The notes under the pieces were generated by a model. The model saw only the letters and a program-made list of their open reading frames with translations. It had not been told where the DNA came from and did no database searches. Shown here one piece after another: positions 49,952 to 60,026 of a DNA stretch of 64,000 bases. Position 1 is the first letter of the stretch. Each line of letters opens with the position of its first letter. The position numbers and the translations under genes are program-made. Source of the DNA: Pseudomonadota bacterium (GTDB taxonomy: Bacteria > Desulfobacterota > Binatia > Binatales > Binataceae); the NCBI GenBank assembly GCA_021324455.1, contig JAJPJA010000039.1:35594-99593 (forward strand). Direction: 5' to 3'.

Positions 49952-52704
49952 GCACGATTTCCGGTTCAGACTCCAACGATGCCGCCGCCTCCGCGCTCGC
50001 ACCGGCCGAAGCTCAACTGCTCAAGCAATTGCGCCAGACGCGCAAGCCGGGTCAGGTTGCCAGAACCTACCTGGACGGCCGGCGCGAACAGTTGAAGACG
50101 CGGCATTTCGCCGGCGCCAGCGGGGCGGAGATCGTGCGCGAACTGACCGCGTCGGTGGACCAGGTCGTGCGGGCGCTGTTTGTCTATGCCGCGGCTGAGC
50201 ACAATCGGCGCTTCTCCAAGCTCAATCAGCATCTGGCGGTGCTGGCGCGCGGCGGTTACGGGCGCGCCGAGCTTAATCCGTATTCCGATATCGACCTGCT
50301 CTTCCTGCACGACTGGAAACCCGGTCCGTACCTCGAAATCGTGGCCGAGATCATCCTGCATGCGTTATGGGACGCGGGGCTGATCGTGGGCCACGCGGTG
50401 CGCAACATCCGCGAATGCGTGCGGATGGCGGACGGCGATCTGAAGGAAAAAACCGCCATCCTCGACAGCCGCTTTCTGGCCGGGGAGGCCGAGCTGTGGG
50501 CCCAGTTGGAAAAGTCCCTGCTGAGCGACGTGCTCAATCGCAACCAGGTCAGATTCTTCAAGGCCAAGATGGAGGAGAGCCGCAAACGCCACGCCGCCTA
50601 CGGCGATTCCATCTACCTGCTGGAACCGCAGATCAAGGAGGGCGAGGGCGGACTGCGCGACCTGCACACCGCGCTGTGGGTGGCCAAGGTCAAGTACAAG
50701 GTTCGCTCGCTCGAAGAACTGGTGCACAAGGCGGTCATCACCCAGGCCGAGATGGACGAGGTGGCGCGCGCGCGCGATTTTTTGTGGCGCGTGCGCAACT
50801 CGCTGCACTTTCTCTCCAGGCGGCATTTCGACCAGCTTACCTTCGAATACCAGGAAGAACTGGCTCCGCTGCTGGGCTTCAGTGCGGTCAACGGACAGAG
50901 CGCCAGCTCCGCCCTGATGCGCGCCTATTATCAGCAGGCCAGCACCATCAAGATGTTCGCCGACGGACTGATCGCGCGCATCACCGAGGAACCCGAGGGC
51001 GGGCGTTTGCGGCGCTTTGGCTTCGGCCGTCAAATCCGCCCCGGCGTGCTGATTCAGCGCAAGCTGCTGGCCGCCGCCGATCCCGACCTGTTCAAACGCG
51101 ATCCGCTCAACCTGGTCACCATCTTCGCCGACTGCCAGGCTCATGGCGTGCAGTTGTCAGGATCGACCTATCAGCTCGTGCGCGACAATTTGAGCCTGAT
51201 CGACGACGCCGCGCGATCCGATCCGCGCTACGGCGCCGCTTTGATGCGTATTCTGGCGGGGCCGCAGCGGGTGTCGGAAACGCTGGAAGCGATGCATCTG
51301 TCGGGGGTGCTGGGCGCGCTCATCCCGGAGTTCGGCAATCTCTACGCGCGCGTGCTGCACGACCTGTATCACATCTATACCGTGGACCGGCATTCGCTGG
51401 TGGCGGTGCGCGAACTGGAACGGCTGCGGGCGGGCGAATTCAAATCGACGCTGCCGCTGCTGACCGAAGTGTCGCGCGAAGCCGACACGCTGCCGCTGGT
51501 GTTTTTGGCCCTGGTCCTGCACGACATCGGCAAAGGCCACGGCCATCACCATCATGAACGCGGCGCGGCGCTGGCGCAGGAAGTGGCGCGGCGGCTGGGA
51601 CTGGATTCGGAGCAGACCGACGCGGTGGTGTTCCTGGTGCGCAATCACCTGATGATGTCGGAGATCGCTCAGAAGCGCGACATCGAGGACGACCATCTGG
51701 TCAAGGAATTCGCGCGCGCCACCGGATCGATCGAGCGCCTCAAGGAACTTTACCTGATGACCTTCGCCGACATGCGCGCGGTCGCGCCCAAGGTTTACAA
51801 CAACTGGCGCGACATGCTGCTGAGCGACCTCTACATGAAGGCGCTCAGGATCCTTGAACAGGGCGATCGCGAAGCGGTCGATCCGGACCGGCTGCTGGCG
51901 CTGACCAAGACCGAATTGCGCAGCCAGCTGGGCGGCGCCGACGCCGAGCGCAGCCGCGCGCTGGAGCAATTTTTGGAGCAGATGCCGGATCGGTACTTTC
52001 TGATCACTCCGCGCCAGGATATTCCGTATCATTTCGACCTGATGCGCCGGCTGGACGGCAACGCCCTGGTCTGCCAGCATCGCCATTTCCCCGACCGCGA
52101 GTTCAGCGAATTCATCGTCGCCACGCGCGACCAGCATGGACTGTTCTCCAAGATCGCCGGCGTCCTGACCGCCAATAACCTCAACATTCTCTCCGCCCGC
52201 ATCACCACCCGGTCCGACGGCGTCGTGCTCGACAGCTTCCGGATCTCGCACATGGCGCAGGCAGCCGCTATTGCGATGGACGAGGTGCGCTGGGAGCGGG
52301 TGGAGCGCGACCTGATGGCGGTGCTGAGCGGGGGGCAGAATATCGTCGAGCTGGTGGCGCGGGCGCAGCCCTCGGCGGTGGCGGCGCGCCGCTACGTGTC
52401 GCGCGTGGCCACCGAAGTTACGGTCGATAACCGCACTTCGGAGCGCTTCACCGTGATCGACGTATTCACCCAGGACCGGCTGGGCTTGCTGTTCGCGGTC
52501 ACCCATGCGCTGTCGGAGATGGGACTTGAGATTCACCTGGCGCGCATCTCGACCAACGCCGACCAGGCGCTGGACGTGTTTTACGTCAGCGACGCGCAGG
52601 GGCGTAAAATCGAAGACCCCAGGACGGTCAGACGGATCGAGTCCACGCTGCTGGAGCGGCTGGACGAAAAACCCGCGCAGCGCGCGCCGCAGGAAGCCAA
52701 TTGA
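49948..52704 (+). CDS. glnD: bifunctional [protein-PII] uridylyltransferase / uridylyl-removing enzyme
   Basis: NTase motif GGYGRAELNPYSDIDLLFL and HD domain LVLHDIGKGHG, with two C-terminal ACT-like regions. The GTG at 49948 overlaps the amidase stop; the track start at 49819 would overlap amiC by 130 nt. Confidence 0.85.
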   Translation: MSTISGSDSNDAAASALAPAEAQLLKQLRQTRKPGQVARTYLDGRREQLKTRHFAGASGAEIVRELTASVDQVVRALFVYAAAEHNRRFSKLNQHLAVLARGGYGRAELNPYSDIDLLFLHDWKPGPYLEIVAEIILHALWDAGLIVGHAVRNIRECVRMADGDLKEKTAILDSRFLAGEAELWAQLEKSLLSDVLNRNQVRFFKAKMEESRKRHAAYGDSIYLLEPQIKEGEGGLRDLHTALWVAKVKYKVRSLEELVHKAVITQAEMDEVARARDFLWRVRNSLHFLSRRHFDQLTFEYQEELAPLLGFSAVNGQSASSALMRAYYQQASTIKMFADGLIARITEEPEGGRLRRFGFGRQIRPGVLIQRKLLAAADPDLFKRDPLNLVTIFADCQAHGVQLSGSTYQLVRDNLSLIDDAARSDPRYGAALMRILAGPQRVSETLEAMHLSGVLGALIPEFGNLYARVLHDLYHIYTVDRHSLVAVRELERLRAGEFKSTLPLLTEVSREADTLPLVFLALVLHDIGKGHGHHHHERGAALAQEVARRLGLDSEQTDAVVFLVRNHLMMSEIAQKRDIEDDHLVKEFARATGSIERLKELYLMTFADMRAVAPKVYNNWRDMLLSDLYMKALRILEQGDREAVDPDRLLALTKTELRSQLGGADAERSRALEQFLEQMPDRYFLITPRQDIPYHFDLMRRLDGNALVCQHRHFPDREFSEFIVATRDQHGLFSKIAGVLTANNLNILSARITTRSDGVVLDSFRISHMAQAAAIAMDEVRWERVERDLMAVLSGGQNIVELVARAQPSAVAARRYVSRVATEVTVDNRTSERFTVIDVFTQDRLGLLFAVTHALSEMGLEIHLARISTNADQALDVFYVSDAQGRKIEDPRTVRRIESTLLERLDEKPAQRAPQEAN

Positions 52705-53621
52705 GCGATCTGGGCTGGGACACCGCGGTTGAGGTTTACCTGGCCCGGCTCGCCACCGAGCGCGGCCTGGCGCCCAACTCGCTGGATTCCTACAGCCGCG
52801 ACCTCGCCGGCTTCAGCCGCTTCTGCATCGAACGCGATATCCCGCCGCGCGCGCTCGACGCTCCCGCGCTGCTCGATTACCTGGAGCGCCTGGCCGAGCG
52901 CGGACTGAGTCCCAGCAGCCAGCGGCGGCATCTGGCCAGCGTCCGCGGACTGGTGCGCGAGCTGCTCGAGCGCAAGGTGCTGGAACAGGATCCGACCGCC
53001 GCCATCAAGCTGCGTCCGCCCTCGCGGCCTCTGCCGCATACCCTGGGGGTCAAACAGATCGAGGCGCTGATCGAGGCGATCGACGGCTCCAGTGCGCGCG
53101 GACTGCGCGACCGTGCGATGCTGGAGCTGGCGTACGGCAGCGGGCTGCGGGTATCGGAACTGGTCAACCTGAGGCTGAGCGCGCTTAATCTGGAAGCCGG
53201 GCTGCTGGTGGTATTCGGCAAGGGCAGCAAGGAGCGGCTGGTGCCGTTCGGCGATCGAGCGCGGCGCGCGCTGGAGGCGTATCTGGAACGGGGGCGTCCG
53301 CAACTGCTCAAACGCCGTCAGAGCAACGTTCTGTTCGTGGCGCGGGCGGGGCGCGCGATGACGCGGCAGGCGTTTTTCAAGAACCTCAAAAACCGGGCGA
53401 TCGGGGTGCCGGGGCTCGACCAGGTGCATCCGCATGCGCTGCGGCATTCCTTTGCGACGCATCTGCTGCTGGGCGGCGCCGACTTGCGCTCGGTGCAGGA
53501 GATGCTGGGTCATAGCGACATTTCGACCACGCAGATCTACACCCATCTGACGCGCACGCATCTGCGCCGCGTGCATCGCACCTTTCATCCGCGCGCCACG
53601 CTCGATAAGCTGCGTGATTAG
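52701..53621 (+). CDS. xerD: tyrosine recombinase XerD (XerC/XerD family)
   Basis: C-terminal catalytic motifs HALRHSFATHLL and LGHSDISTTQIYTH. The TTG start overlaps the glnD TGA. Linked to scpAB, as commonly seen for xerD. Confidence 0.85.
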   Translation: MSDLGWDTAVEVYLARLATERGLAPNSLDSYSRDLAGFSRFCIERDIPPRALDAPALLDYLERLAERGLSPSSQRRHLASVRGLVRELLERKVLEQDPTAAIKLRPPSRPLPHTLGVKQIEALIEAIDGSSARGLRDRAMLELAYGSGLRVSELVNLRLSALNLEAGLLVVFGKGSKERLVPFGDRARRALEAYLERGRPQLLKRRQSNVLFVARAGRAMTRQAFFKNLKNRAIGVPGLDQVHPHALRHSFATHLLLGGADLRSVQEMLGHSDISTTQIYTHLTRTHLRRVHRTFHPRATLDKLRD

Positions 53622-53623
53622 GG

Positions 53624-54277
53624 ATGGTTTCAACCAGCGTTTCAAATTTTATCGTGGAGCTGTCGATCTGGGCGGTTCCGACGATCTTTTCGATCGTGGC
53701 GCATGAGGTGATGCATGGCGAGGTCGCGCGCCATCTGGGCGACGACACCGCGCAACGCGCCGGCCGCCTCACGCTCAATCCAATCTCCCACGTCGATCCC
53801 TTGGGCACCGTCATCCTGCCGGCGATCCTGCTGTACTTCAATATGCCGGTCTTCGGATGGGCCAAGCCGGTGCCGGTGGATTTTCGCCGGCTGCGAAACG
53901 GACGCGTGGGGATGGTGATGGTTGCGGCGGCGGGCCCGCTGACCAATCTCACGCTCGCCATCGCCAGCGCGTTTGTGGCCCATGAATTGCCCCGGGTAAT
54001 CGACCCCGAGGCGTGGCGTGCCGTGGTGATTCCGATTATCTACATGCTGCGGGCGGCGGTGATCATCAACGTGGTGCTGGCCATCTTCAATCTCATTCCG
54101 CTGCTGCCGCTGGACGGGGGACGGGTGCTGGCGGGATTGCTGCCGCTCCCGATTGCGGTCAAATTCGCCCGCATGGAGCCCTACGGCATCCTGATCCTGT
54201 TCTTCCTGCTGTACTCGGATTTTTTTGAGCGTATAGTCGGTCCGATTATCAATACCGTTACCCGGATGCTGCTGTGA
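53624..54277 (+). CDS. site-2 protease family (peptidase M50) small membrane zinc metalloprotease
   Basis: HEVMHG HExxH motif within the first TM region, plus a downstream LDGG motif. Four or five TM helices. Confidence 0.75.
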   Translation: MVSTSVSNFIVELSIWAVPTIFSIVAHEVMHGEVARHLGDDTAQRAGRLTLNPISHVDPLGTVILPAILLYFNMPVFGWAKPVPVDFRRLRNGRVGMVMVAAAGPLTNLTLAIASAFVAHELPRVIDPEAWRAVVIPIIYMLRAAVIINVVLAIFNLIPLLPLDGGRVLAGLLPLPIAVKFARMEPYGILILFFLLYSDFFERIVGPIINTVTRMLL

Positions 54278-55041
54278 ACGATTGGACCACGAATCCTGCC
54301 AAAACGCCGGCCGAGCCTGGCCGATGGTTCAGGCTGCCGGTGTTCGAGGGTCCGCTCGACCTGCTGCTGCATCTGATCAAGAAGAACGAACTCGATCCGC
54401 AGGAAGTAACTACCAGCATCGTCACCGAACAGTACCTCGAGTACCTGGAACTGCTCGACTCGCTCAATCTCGACGTCGCCGGCGAATATTTGGTGATGGC
54501 GGCCACGCTGCTGCTGATCAAGTCGTTCTCGCTGCTGCCCTACCAGGGGCCGGCGGATGAAGAGGAGGCGGAAGAACTCAAACGCGACCTGATCGCGCGC
54601 CTGCTGGAGTATCAACGCTATCGCGAGGCGGCCTTCAAGCTGGCCGAACGGCCGCTGCTGGGACGCGACGTGTTCGTGGCGCCGGGCGAGAAACTGGAAG
54701 CCGCGGCCGAGGAAGTACCGGTCTACGACGTCTCGATCTTCGACCTGGTCGAGGCGCTGCGCGGCGTGCTGGAGCGGCTTTCCCGGGAGACGCCGCGCGA
54801 ACTGACGCTCAGAGATATCCCGGTCGCGCGCTGTATCCCGGTAATCCTGGAGCGGCTGCAGCAAAACGATCGCATCGAGTTCGCCGCGTTGTTCGATGAG
54901 GTGAATGATCGGCCGACGGTGGTGGCGTTTTTTCTCGGACTGCTCGAACTGATCAGGCGCGGGCAGGTGCGCGCGTTTCAGCAGGCCGCCTTCGGCCCGA
55001 TCTGGCTGTCGCGCCGCACGGATGCATCCGGCGCGCAGTAA
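54274..55041 (+). CDS. scpA: segregation and condensation protein A
   Basis: The GTG start overlaps the upstream TGA. N-terminus FEGPLDLLLHLIKKNELD is typical of ScpA. Confidence 0.85.
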   Translation: MNDWTTNPAKTPAEPGRWFRLPVFEGPLDLLLHLIKKNELDPQEVTTSIVTEQYLEYLELLDSLNLDVAGEYLVMAATLLLIKSFSLLPYQGPADEEEAEELKRDLIARLLEYQRYREAAFKLAERPLLGRDVFVAPGEKLEAAAEEVPVYDVSIFDLVEALRGVLERLSRETPRELTLRDIPVARCIPVILERLQQNDRIEFAALFDEVNDRPTVVAFFLGLLELIRRGQVRAFQQAAFGPIWLSRRTDASGAQ

Positions 55042-55067
55042 ACCATTGGTGCGGGAGTGATGCAGAG

Positions 55068-55799
55068 GTGGATGAGGAGCGACTCAAGGCGGTACTGGAA
55101 AGCCTGCTGTTTGCGTCGGGCGAGCCGGTCTCGCTGGCGCGCCTGGCCGCTGTGCTGGAGCCGGCGGCCAAAGAGGCGATTCGCAAGGCGCTGGCCGAGC
55201 TTAAGGCCGATTTCCATCGCCAGGGACGCGGCGTGATGCTCGAAGAGGTCGCCGGCGGCTACCAGCTACGCACACCCAGAGAGCATGCGCTGTATGTGCG
55301 CAAGCTGCTGTCGGCGCGTCCGCCGCGGCTGTCGCGTCCGATGATGGAGACGCTGGCCATTATCGCCTATCGCCAGCCGATCACGCGGCCGGAAATCGAG
55401 CAGCTGCGCGGCGTCGATAGCGGCGCGGTGCTGGAAACCCTCGGCGAGCGCCGCCTGATCAAAATCGCCGGCCGCAAGGAAGCGCCCGGACGGCCGATCA
55501 TGTACGCCACCACGGCGGAATTTCTCCAGACCTTCGGCCTGAGGGATCTCGACAGCCTGCCCGATCTCAGCGAACTGCGCGAAGTCGAACAGAAGATCGA
55601 AGCGGCCGAGCAGGAACGCCTGGCGCAGGACAAGCACGAAGAGGCTGCGCCCGCGCAGATGGATCTGATTGCGCAAGGCGAACCGTCTGAGCAGCCTGGT
55701 GCGGCGCAGCCCAACCCGGATTCGGCCGGCGAAGAGCCATTCGCGCAACAGCAATCCGCCCCGCCGGGTCCGCCGCGCGACGACGAAAGCCTGTCCTGA
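55068..55799 (+). CDS. scpB: segregation and condensation protein B
   Basis: LESLLFASGEPVSLARLA is the N-terminus of the ScpB winged helix. Acidic and Pro-rich C-terminal tail. Confidence 0.85.
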   Translation: MDEERLKAVLESLLFASGEPVSLARLAAVLEPAAKEAIRKALAELKADFHRQGRGVMLEEVAGGYQLRTPREHALYVRKLLSARPPRLSRPMMETLAIIAYRQPITRPEIEQLRGVDSGAVLETLGERRLIKIAGRKEAPGRPIMYATTAEFLQTFGLRDLDSLPDLSELREVEQKIEAAEQERLAQDKHEEAAPAQMDLIAQGEPSEQPGAAQPNPDSAGEEPFAQQQSAPPGPPRDDESLS

Positions 55800-55866
55800 T
55801 GCTGCCTTGTGTTCCCGATCCGTTTCACTTCAACCAGGCTGGTTAACCATCCAACAGACCCGTTCT

Positions 55867-58095
55867 ATGCTCCACAAACGATCCCACGCTTTTACGTTCA
55901 TCTGGTGCGCGCTTGTTGTGTCGGCTTTGTTGGGAGTGACTGCCGGCGCGGACAGCTCACCGCTGCTGCGGCCGCGGCAGTGGACTTTTTTCGGCCCCGC
56001 TCCCATCTTCGACGGTGTGACACGGTTCTCCGGCCGCATCGACGTCGCCGTGCCTGACCCGCTCGACCCCAACGTGATGTACGCCGGGGCGGGCGACGGC
56101 GGAGGCACCGGGGGCGGCGGAGTATGGAAAACCACTAACTGGCTCAGCGGCAATCCCATTTGGCAGCCGCTGACCGATAATCTCCCGAGCCTTTCGATTT
56201 TCAGCAAGAGCCTCGCCCTGTTCCCGGGCCCTCACGGCGGTATTCTGTACGCGGCCGCGCAGGGACCCAACGGCGGTATCCTGCGCTCGAGCGACGGCGG
56301 CAGGCATTGGAAATATTTGGCGCAGGATCTGTTCAACAACGCTCTGTTCGGCGCCGTCGCGGTGAGCCCGGCCGATTCCAAAACGGTCTATGCCGCGGTG
56401 GGCGGCAACTTCGTCCACGGTCTGTACCGGTCCGATGACGGCGGCAAGAACTGGTCGAACATCACCGATCCGGGCATCGGGCTGGGCGCGGCGTCCGACG
56501 TTGTCGTCGATCCGGACAACCCGTCGATTCTGTACACCGCGATCGTAAACGGCACGCTGGCCGGCGCCGACCACGGGGGGATTTACAAGAGCGTCGACGG
56601 CGGCAAGAGCTGGACGCCGATGGTCCTGCCGCTGCCGATGAATTTTTCGATCGGCAGTTTTATCGCGCTGCGCATGGCGCCGAGCGATCCGAACTACGTT
56701 TACGCCACGGTCTTCGGCAGCCGGAACAGCTCCAGGAATCCGCAGCTGCAGCGCTTCCGCACCACCGACGGCGGCGCGACCTGGACTTTGCTGACGCTGC
56801 CCGACGCGCGCCCGCATAACGTCTGCAAGGACGACACGCCGGGCAACATGCTGCAGGATTTCCGCTTCTGGCACGTGGTTTTGGGAGTCGATCCCCATAA
56901 TCCCGACGTGGTTTACGCCAACGCCTGCGAGCCGACCTTCGTGGTAAGCGAGGACGGCGGGAGCAGCTGGCGCGAGATGCCCACGGTGGACGACGTGGTC
57001 AACGTGTTCTTCGACGATTCGGACAACCTGATTCTGACCGGCGACCGCGGGATCCATCTGAGCTCCAATCCGCTGGATCCCAATCCGGCGTTTATTTCGA
57101 TGCAGGGAAATCTGGGCAACTTCCTGATCCATACCCTGGCTTTGGATCCGCTGAACTCCTCGCTAATCGACGCCGTATCGCAGGATCAGCTCTCCGGCAT
57201 CCAGTACAGCGGCAGCTTGACCTGGAATTATCTGACCGCCGGCTCGGAGGTGGGCCGGTTTCTGATCAATCCCCAAAACGACAAGCTGGTTTACACCTGG
57301 GGCTTTCAGAACGATATCTTTCTGCAGCGTTCGGAAGACGGGGGGCAGACCTGGGAGCCGCAGATGAACGGACTGCTCACCAGCGACTTTGCGAGTGAGG
57401 ACCAGCAGTTCCCGTACAACGCGTTCGCGCTGGACCCGGACAATTCCACCCGCCTGCTGCTGGGCGGACAGCATGTATGGGAAGCGATCGATCAGGGTCC
57501 CTCGCAGCCCTTGAGCTGGACGATGCTCAATGCGGCGCCGTCGCCGGGCAACCAGATCAGCGCGGTGGCGGCCGCGCCGGGAACTGATGCTCAGACCATT
57601 TATGCCGGCACCGCCGGCAATCGGTTCTTCGTCACCACCGATGGCGGAACGAGCTGGACCGACATAACGCCGCAACCGGGGATCACGGGAGCCATCACCA
57701 CCGCGATCGCGATCGATCCGCACGATTCGGCGCGGGTGTTCATCAACGCCGCAACTGCGGCCGCGTCCACCTGGAGTATCGGTCCGCTCCCGCCGCCTGC
57801 CGGACGGGTGTGGATGACCACCGACGGCGGGACTTTATGGACCAATCTGGACGGCGACCTGCCGGTTAACTTCAGCGTTCATACTTTGGCCGTTAATTTC
57901 AGCTCAGCCAGGCCGACGCTGTTTGCCGGCACCGATCGCGGCGTGTTCTGGTCGCGCGATCTGGGCAAGCATTGGACGGTTCTGAAACAGGGTCTGCCCA
58001 ACGTATTGATCGACGACCTGGAATTGCTGGCGCAAACCGGAGTTTTGGCGGCGGGCACATTTGGCCGCGGCGTGTGGCAGATTGCGCTTCCGTGA
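55867..58095 (+). CDS. secreted BNR/Asp-box repeat beta-propeller protein (GH74 / sortilin-like)
   Basis: The signal peptide follows the ATG at 55867. At least 9 S/T-x-D-x-G-x-T/S-W Asp-boxes: SDGGRHWKY, SDDGGKNWSN, SVDGGKSWTP, TTDGGATWTL, SEDGGSSWRE, SEDGGQTWEP, TTDGGTSWTD, TTDGGTLWTN, SRDLGKHWTV. 742 aa. The track's 5' extension overlapping scpB was rejected. Confidence 0.75.
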   Translation: MLHKRSHAFTFIWCALVVSALLGVTAGADSSPLLRPRQWTFFGPAPIFDGVTRFSGRIDVAVPDPLDPNVMYAGAGDGGGTGGGGVWKTTNWLSGNPIWQPLTDNLPSLSIFSKSLALFPGPHGGILYAAAQGPNGGILRSSDGGRHWKYLAQDLFNNALFGAVAVSPADSKTVYAAVGGNFVHGLYRSDDGGKNWSNITDPGIGLGAASDVVVDPDNPSILYTAIVNGTLAGADHGGIYKSVDGGKSWTPMVLPLPMNFSIGSFIALRMAPSDPNYVYATVFGSRNSSRNPQLQRFRTTDGGATWTLLTLPDARPHNVCKDDTPGNMLQDFRFWHVVLGVDPHNPDVVYANACEPTFVVSEDGGSSWREMPTVDDVVNVFFDDSDNLILTGDRGIHLSSNPLDPNPAFISMQGNLGNFLIHTLALDPLNSSLIDAVSQDQLSGIQYSGSLTWNYLTAGSEVGRFLINPQNDKLVYTWGFQNDIFLQRSEDGGQTWEPQMNGLLTSDFASEDQQFPYNAFALDPDNSTRLLLGGQHVWEAIDQGPSQPLSWTMLNAAPSPGNQISAVAAAPGTDAQTIYAGTAGNRFFVTTDGGTSWTDITPQPGITGAITTAIAIDPHDSARVFINAATAAASTWSIGPLPPPAGRVWMTTDGGTLWTNLDGDLPVNFSVHTLAVNFSSARPTLFAGTDRGVFWSRDLGKHWTVLKQGLPNVLIDDLELLAQTGVLAAGTFGRGVWQIALP

Positions 58096-58170
58096 TCTGT
58101 GCCGCGGCGGGCATTTGCGTCCGCGCCGTAGTATAGACCTACCGACCACAAGCTCACGGAGGATCGGAAC

Positions 58171-58971
58171 ATGAGCAGGCTTGCAGGCAAAGTCGCGATA
58201 GTCGCGGGAGCCGCATTCGGTATCGGCCGCGCCACCGCCGCGATCATGGCGCGCGAAGGAGCCCGTGTAATCGTCGGCGATTACGACGCCGACGCGGCCG
58301 GCGCGGCCGCCGAAGCCATCCGCAGCAGCGGCGGCGACGCGCACTCGATCCATTTCGACGCCACCCACGAGGATTCCGTGCGCGAACTGATCGCGAAAGC
58401 CAAAGAGCGCTACGGCCGCGTCGATATAATGCATAACAACGTGGGCGGCACCGAGCCCGGCAAAGACACCGACGTGGTCAATCTCGATACCGCGGCATGG
58501 GAGCGAATCCTCAGACTGACGCTGCACAGTGCGATGTACGGATGCCGCCACGTGATTCCGGTGATGCTGCAGGGGGGCGGCGGTGCAATCGTCAACACCG
58601 CGTCGATGGCGGGCGAGGTCGGCGACATGGGGCTGACCGCTTACGGCGCGGCGAAAGCCGGCGTCATCAACCTGACCCGCTACGTCGCGACGCAGTACGG
58701 GCGGCAGAACATCCGCTGCAACGCGGTTGCGCCGGGGTTGATCGGCACCGAACGGGCCAACGAAGTGGTGTTGCCGCCGGTGCGGAAGATCTTCGAGGAG
58801 CACAATTTGGTGCCGCGCAACGGCCGCCCCGAAGACATCGGCCACGTGGTCGCCTTCCTGGCCTCCGACGAAGCCGCGTTCATCACCGGCCAGACCATCG
58901 TCGTGGACGGCGGCGCCTTCATCCACGGCCCGACACTGGTGGATATGCGCAAGCTGGGTTTGAAGATTTAA
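58171..58971 (+). CDS. SDR family oxidoreductase
   Basis: VAGAAFGIGRAT and YGAAK motifs. Confidence 0.85.
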   Translation: MSRLAGKVAIVAGAAFGIGRATAAIMAREGARVIVGDYDADAAGAAAEAIRSSGGDAHSIHFDATHEDSVRELIAKAKERYGRVDIMHNNVGGTEPGKDTDVVNLDTAAWERILRLTLHSAMYGCRHVIPVMLQGGGGAIVNTASMAGEVGDMGLTAYGAAKAGVINLTRYVATQYGRQNIRCNAVAPGLIGTERANEVVLPPVRKIFEEHNLVPRNGRPEDIGHVVAFLASDEAAFITGQTIVVDGGAFIHGPTLVDMRKLGLKI

Positions 58972-59174
58972 GTCCGCTTGCCAGGCATCGGGTCTCAAAG
59001 CGCGCCGCCCGCCTGGAGCGTTGTCCGATCGGCGGCGAGCCGGGCATACGCGCTTGACAGTTTTCCAACCGCCGCCGTAGCATCCCGCATACTTCGAAAT
59101 CAGCCGGCACCAGGACCGGCCGCCGCGGTCGCGAAGCATACCTGCCTTTTGCGATCGTAACAGGAGAAACGCAG

Positions 59175-59933
59175 ATGAGCGGAGAAAACAAGGTCGCTAT
59201 TGTGACCGGCGCCGGGCGGCGCTGGGGGATGGGATGGCAGATCGCTTCGGGTCTGGCCAGAAAAGGACTCGACATCGCCGTGGCCGATATTCGCGAGGAC
59301 TGGGGCAGGGAATCGGCGGAATCAATCAGGGCGGAAACCGGCAGACGGACCCTGTTCGTCAAAACCGACGTCTCCAATCGTGCCAGCGTCGGGGCGATGG
59401 TCGCGGCGGTGGCCAAAGAGTTCGGCCGTATCGACGCCCTGGTCAACGACGCCGCGATTTCCCCCCGCGTGATGGTCGACGATATTACCGACGAGCATTA
59501 CGACCAGGTGATGAACATCAACTTCCGCGGCACGGTGCTGACCTGTCAGGCGGTGCTGCCGCAGATGCGCAAGCAGGGCGGGGGACGAATCGTGAATATC
59601 TCCTCGGGCGGCGCGCTGCAGCCGATCCGCGGGCTTTCGATCTATTCCGCCAGCAAAGCGGCGGTCATCAGTTTCAGCAAGATCCTGGCCCAGGAAGCGG
59701 CGCGCGACAACATCGTGGTGACGGTGGTGGCGCCCGGCGTGATGCATACCGCGATGGGCTCGGAGAGCGCTCCCTCGCAGGAGGAATTCGAACGCCAGGG
59801 CAAGCATCAGCTCTTCCGCCGTCCGCTCTACCCGGCCGAGGTGGCGGAGGTGGTAATCTACGCCGCCACCCATCCGACGCACGTCCTTACCGGACAGACG
59901 CTGCACGCCAACGGCGGCGGCTACATGGTGTGA
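59175..59933 (+). CDS. SDR family oxidoreductase
   Basis: VTGAGRRWGMG and YSASK motifs. Confidence 0.85.
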   Translation: MSGENKVAIVTGAGRRWGMGWQIASGLARKGLDIAVADIREDWGRESAESIRAETGRRTLFVKTDVSNRASVGAMVAAVAKEFGRIDALVNDAAISPRVMVDDITDEHYDQVMNINFRGTVLTCQAVLPQMRKQGGGRIVNISSGGALQPIRGLSIYSASKAAVISFSKILAQEAARDNIVVTVVAPGVMHTAMGSESAPSQEEFERQGKHQLFRRPLYPAEVAEVVIYAATHPTHVLTGQTLHANGGGYMV

Positions 59934-59939
59934 CGGGGC

Positions 59940-59976
59940 GCGGCGGCGGGAGCATCCTTTCCGCCGCCGCTTTATG
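59940..59976 (+). terminator. putative intrinsic terminator
   Basis: GCGGCGGCGGGA-GCATCCT-TTCCGCCGCCGC (11 of 12 bp paired) followed by TTTAT. Confidence 0.4.
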
Positions 59977-60026
59977 CAGCGGTTTCAGCCCGTGATTGGG
60001 CTGCCGCAAATCAAAGCGCCGCTCTC

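Noticed and set aside
52701-53621. xerD as evidence of an integrated mobile element
   Set aside because: No flanking att-like repeats, phage or IS genes. The context (glnD, M50 protease, scpA, scpB) is the conserved chromosomal dimer-resolution and condensin neighbourhood.
50365-53645. Minus-strand ORFs 50365-51144, 51157-52536 and 52581-53645 antisense to glnD and xerD
   Set aside because: Shadow ORFs.
55669-55866. 5' extension of the BNR protein ORF overlapping scpB by 130 nt
   Set aside because: The ATG at 55867 is directly followed by a signal peptide. The extension is Arg-rich and has no homology.
55957-59139. Minus-strand ORFs 55957-57132 and 57904-59139, and + ORFs 58497-59057 and 59234-59995
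   Set aside because: Antisense or alternate frames of the BNR and SDR genes.
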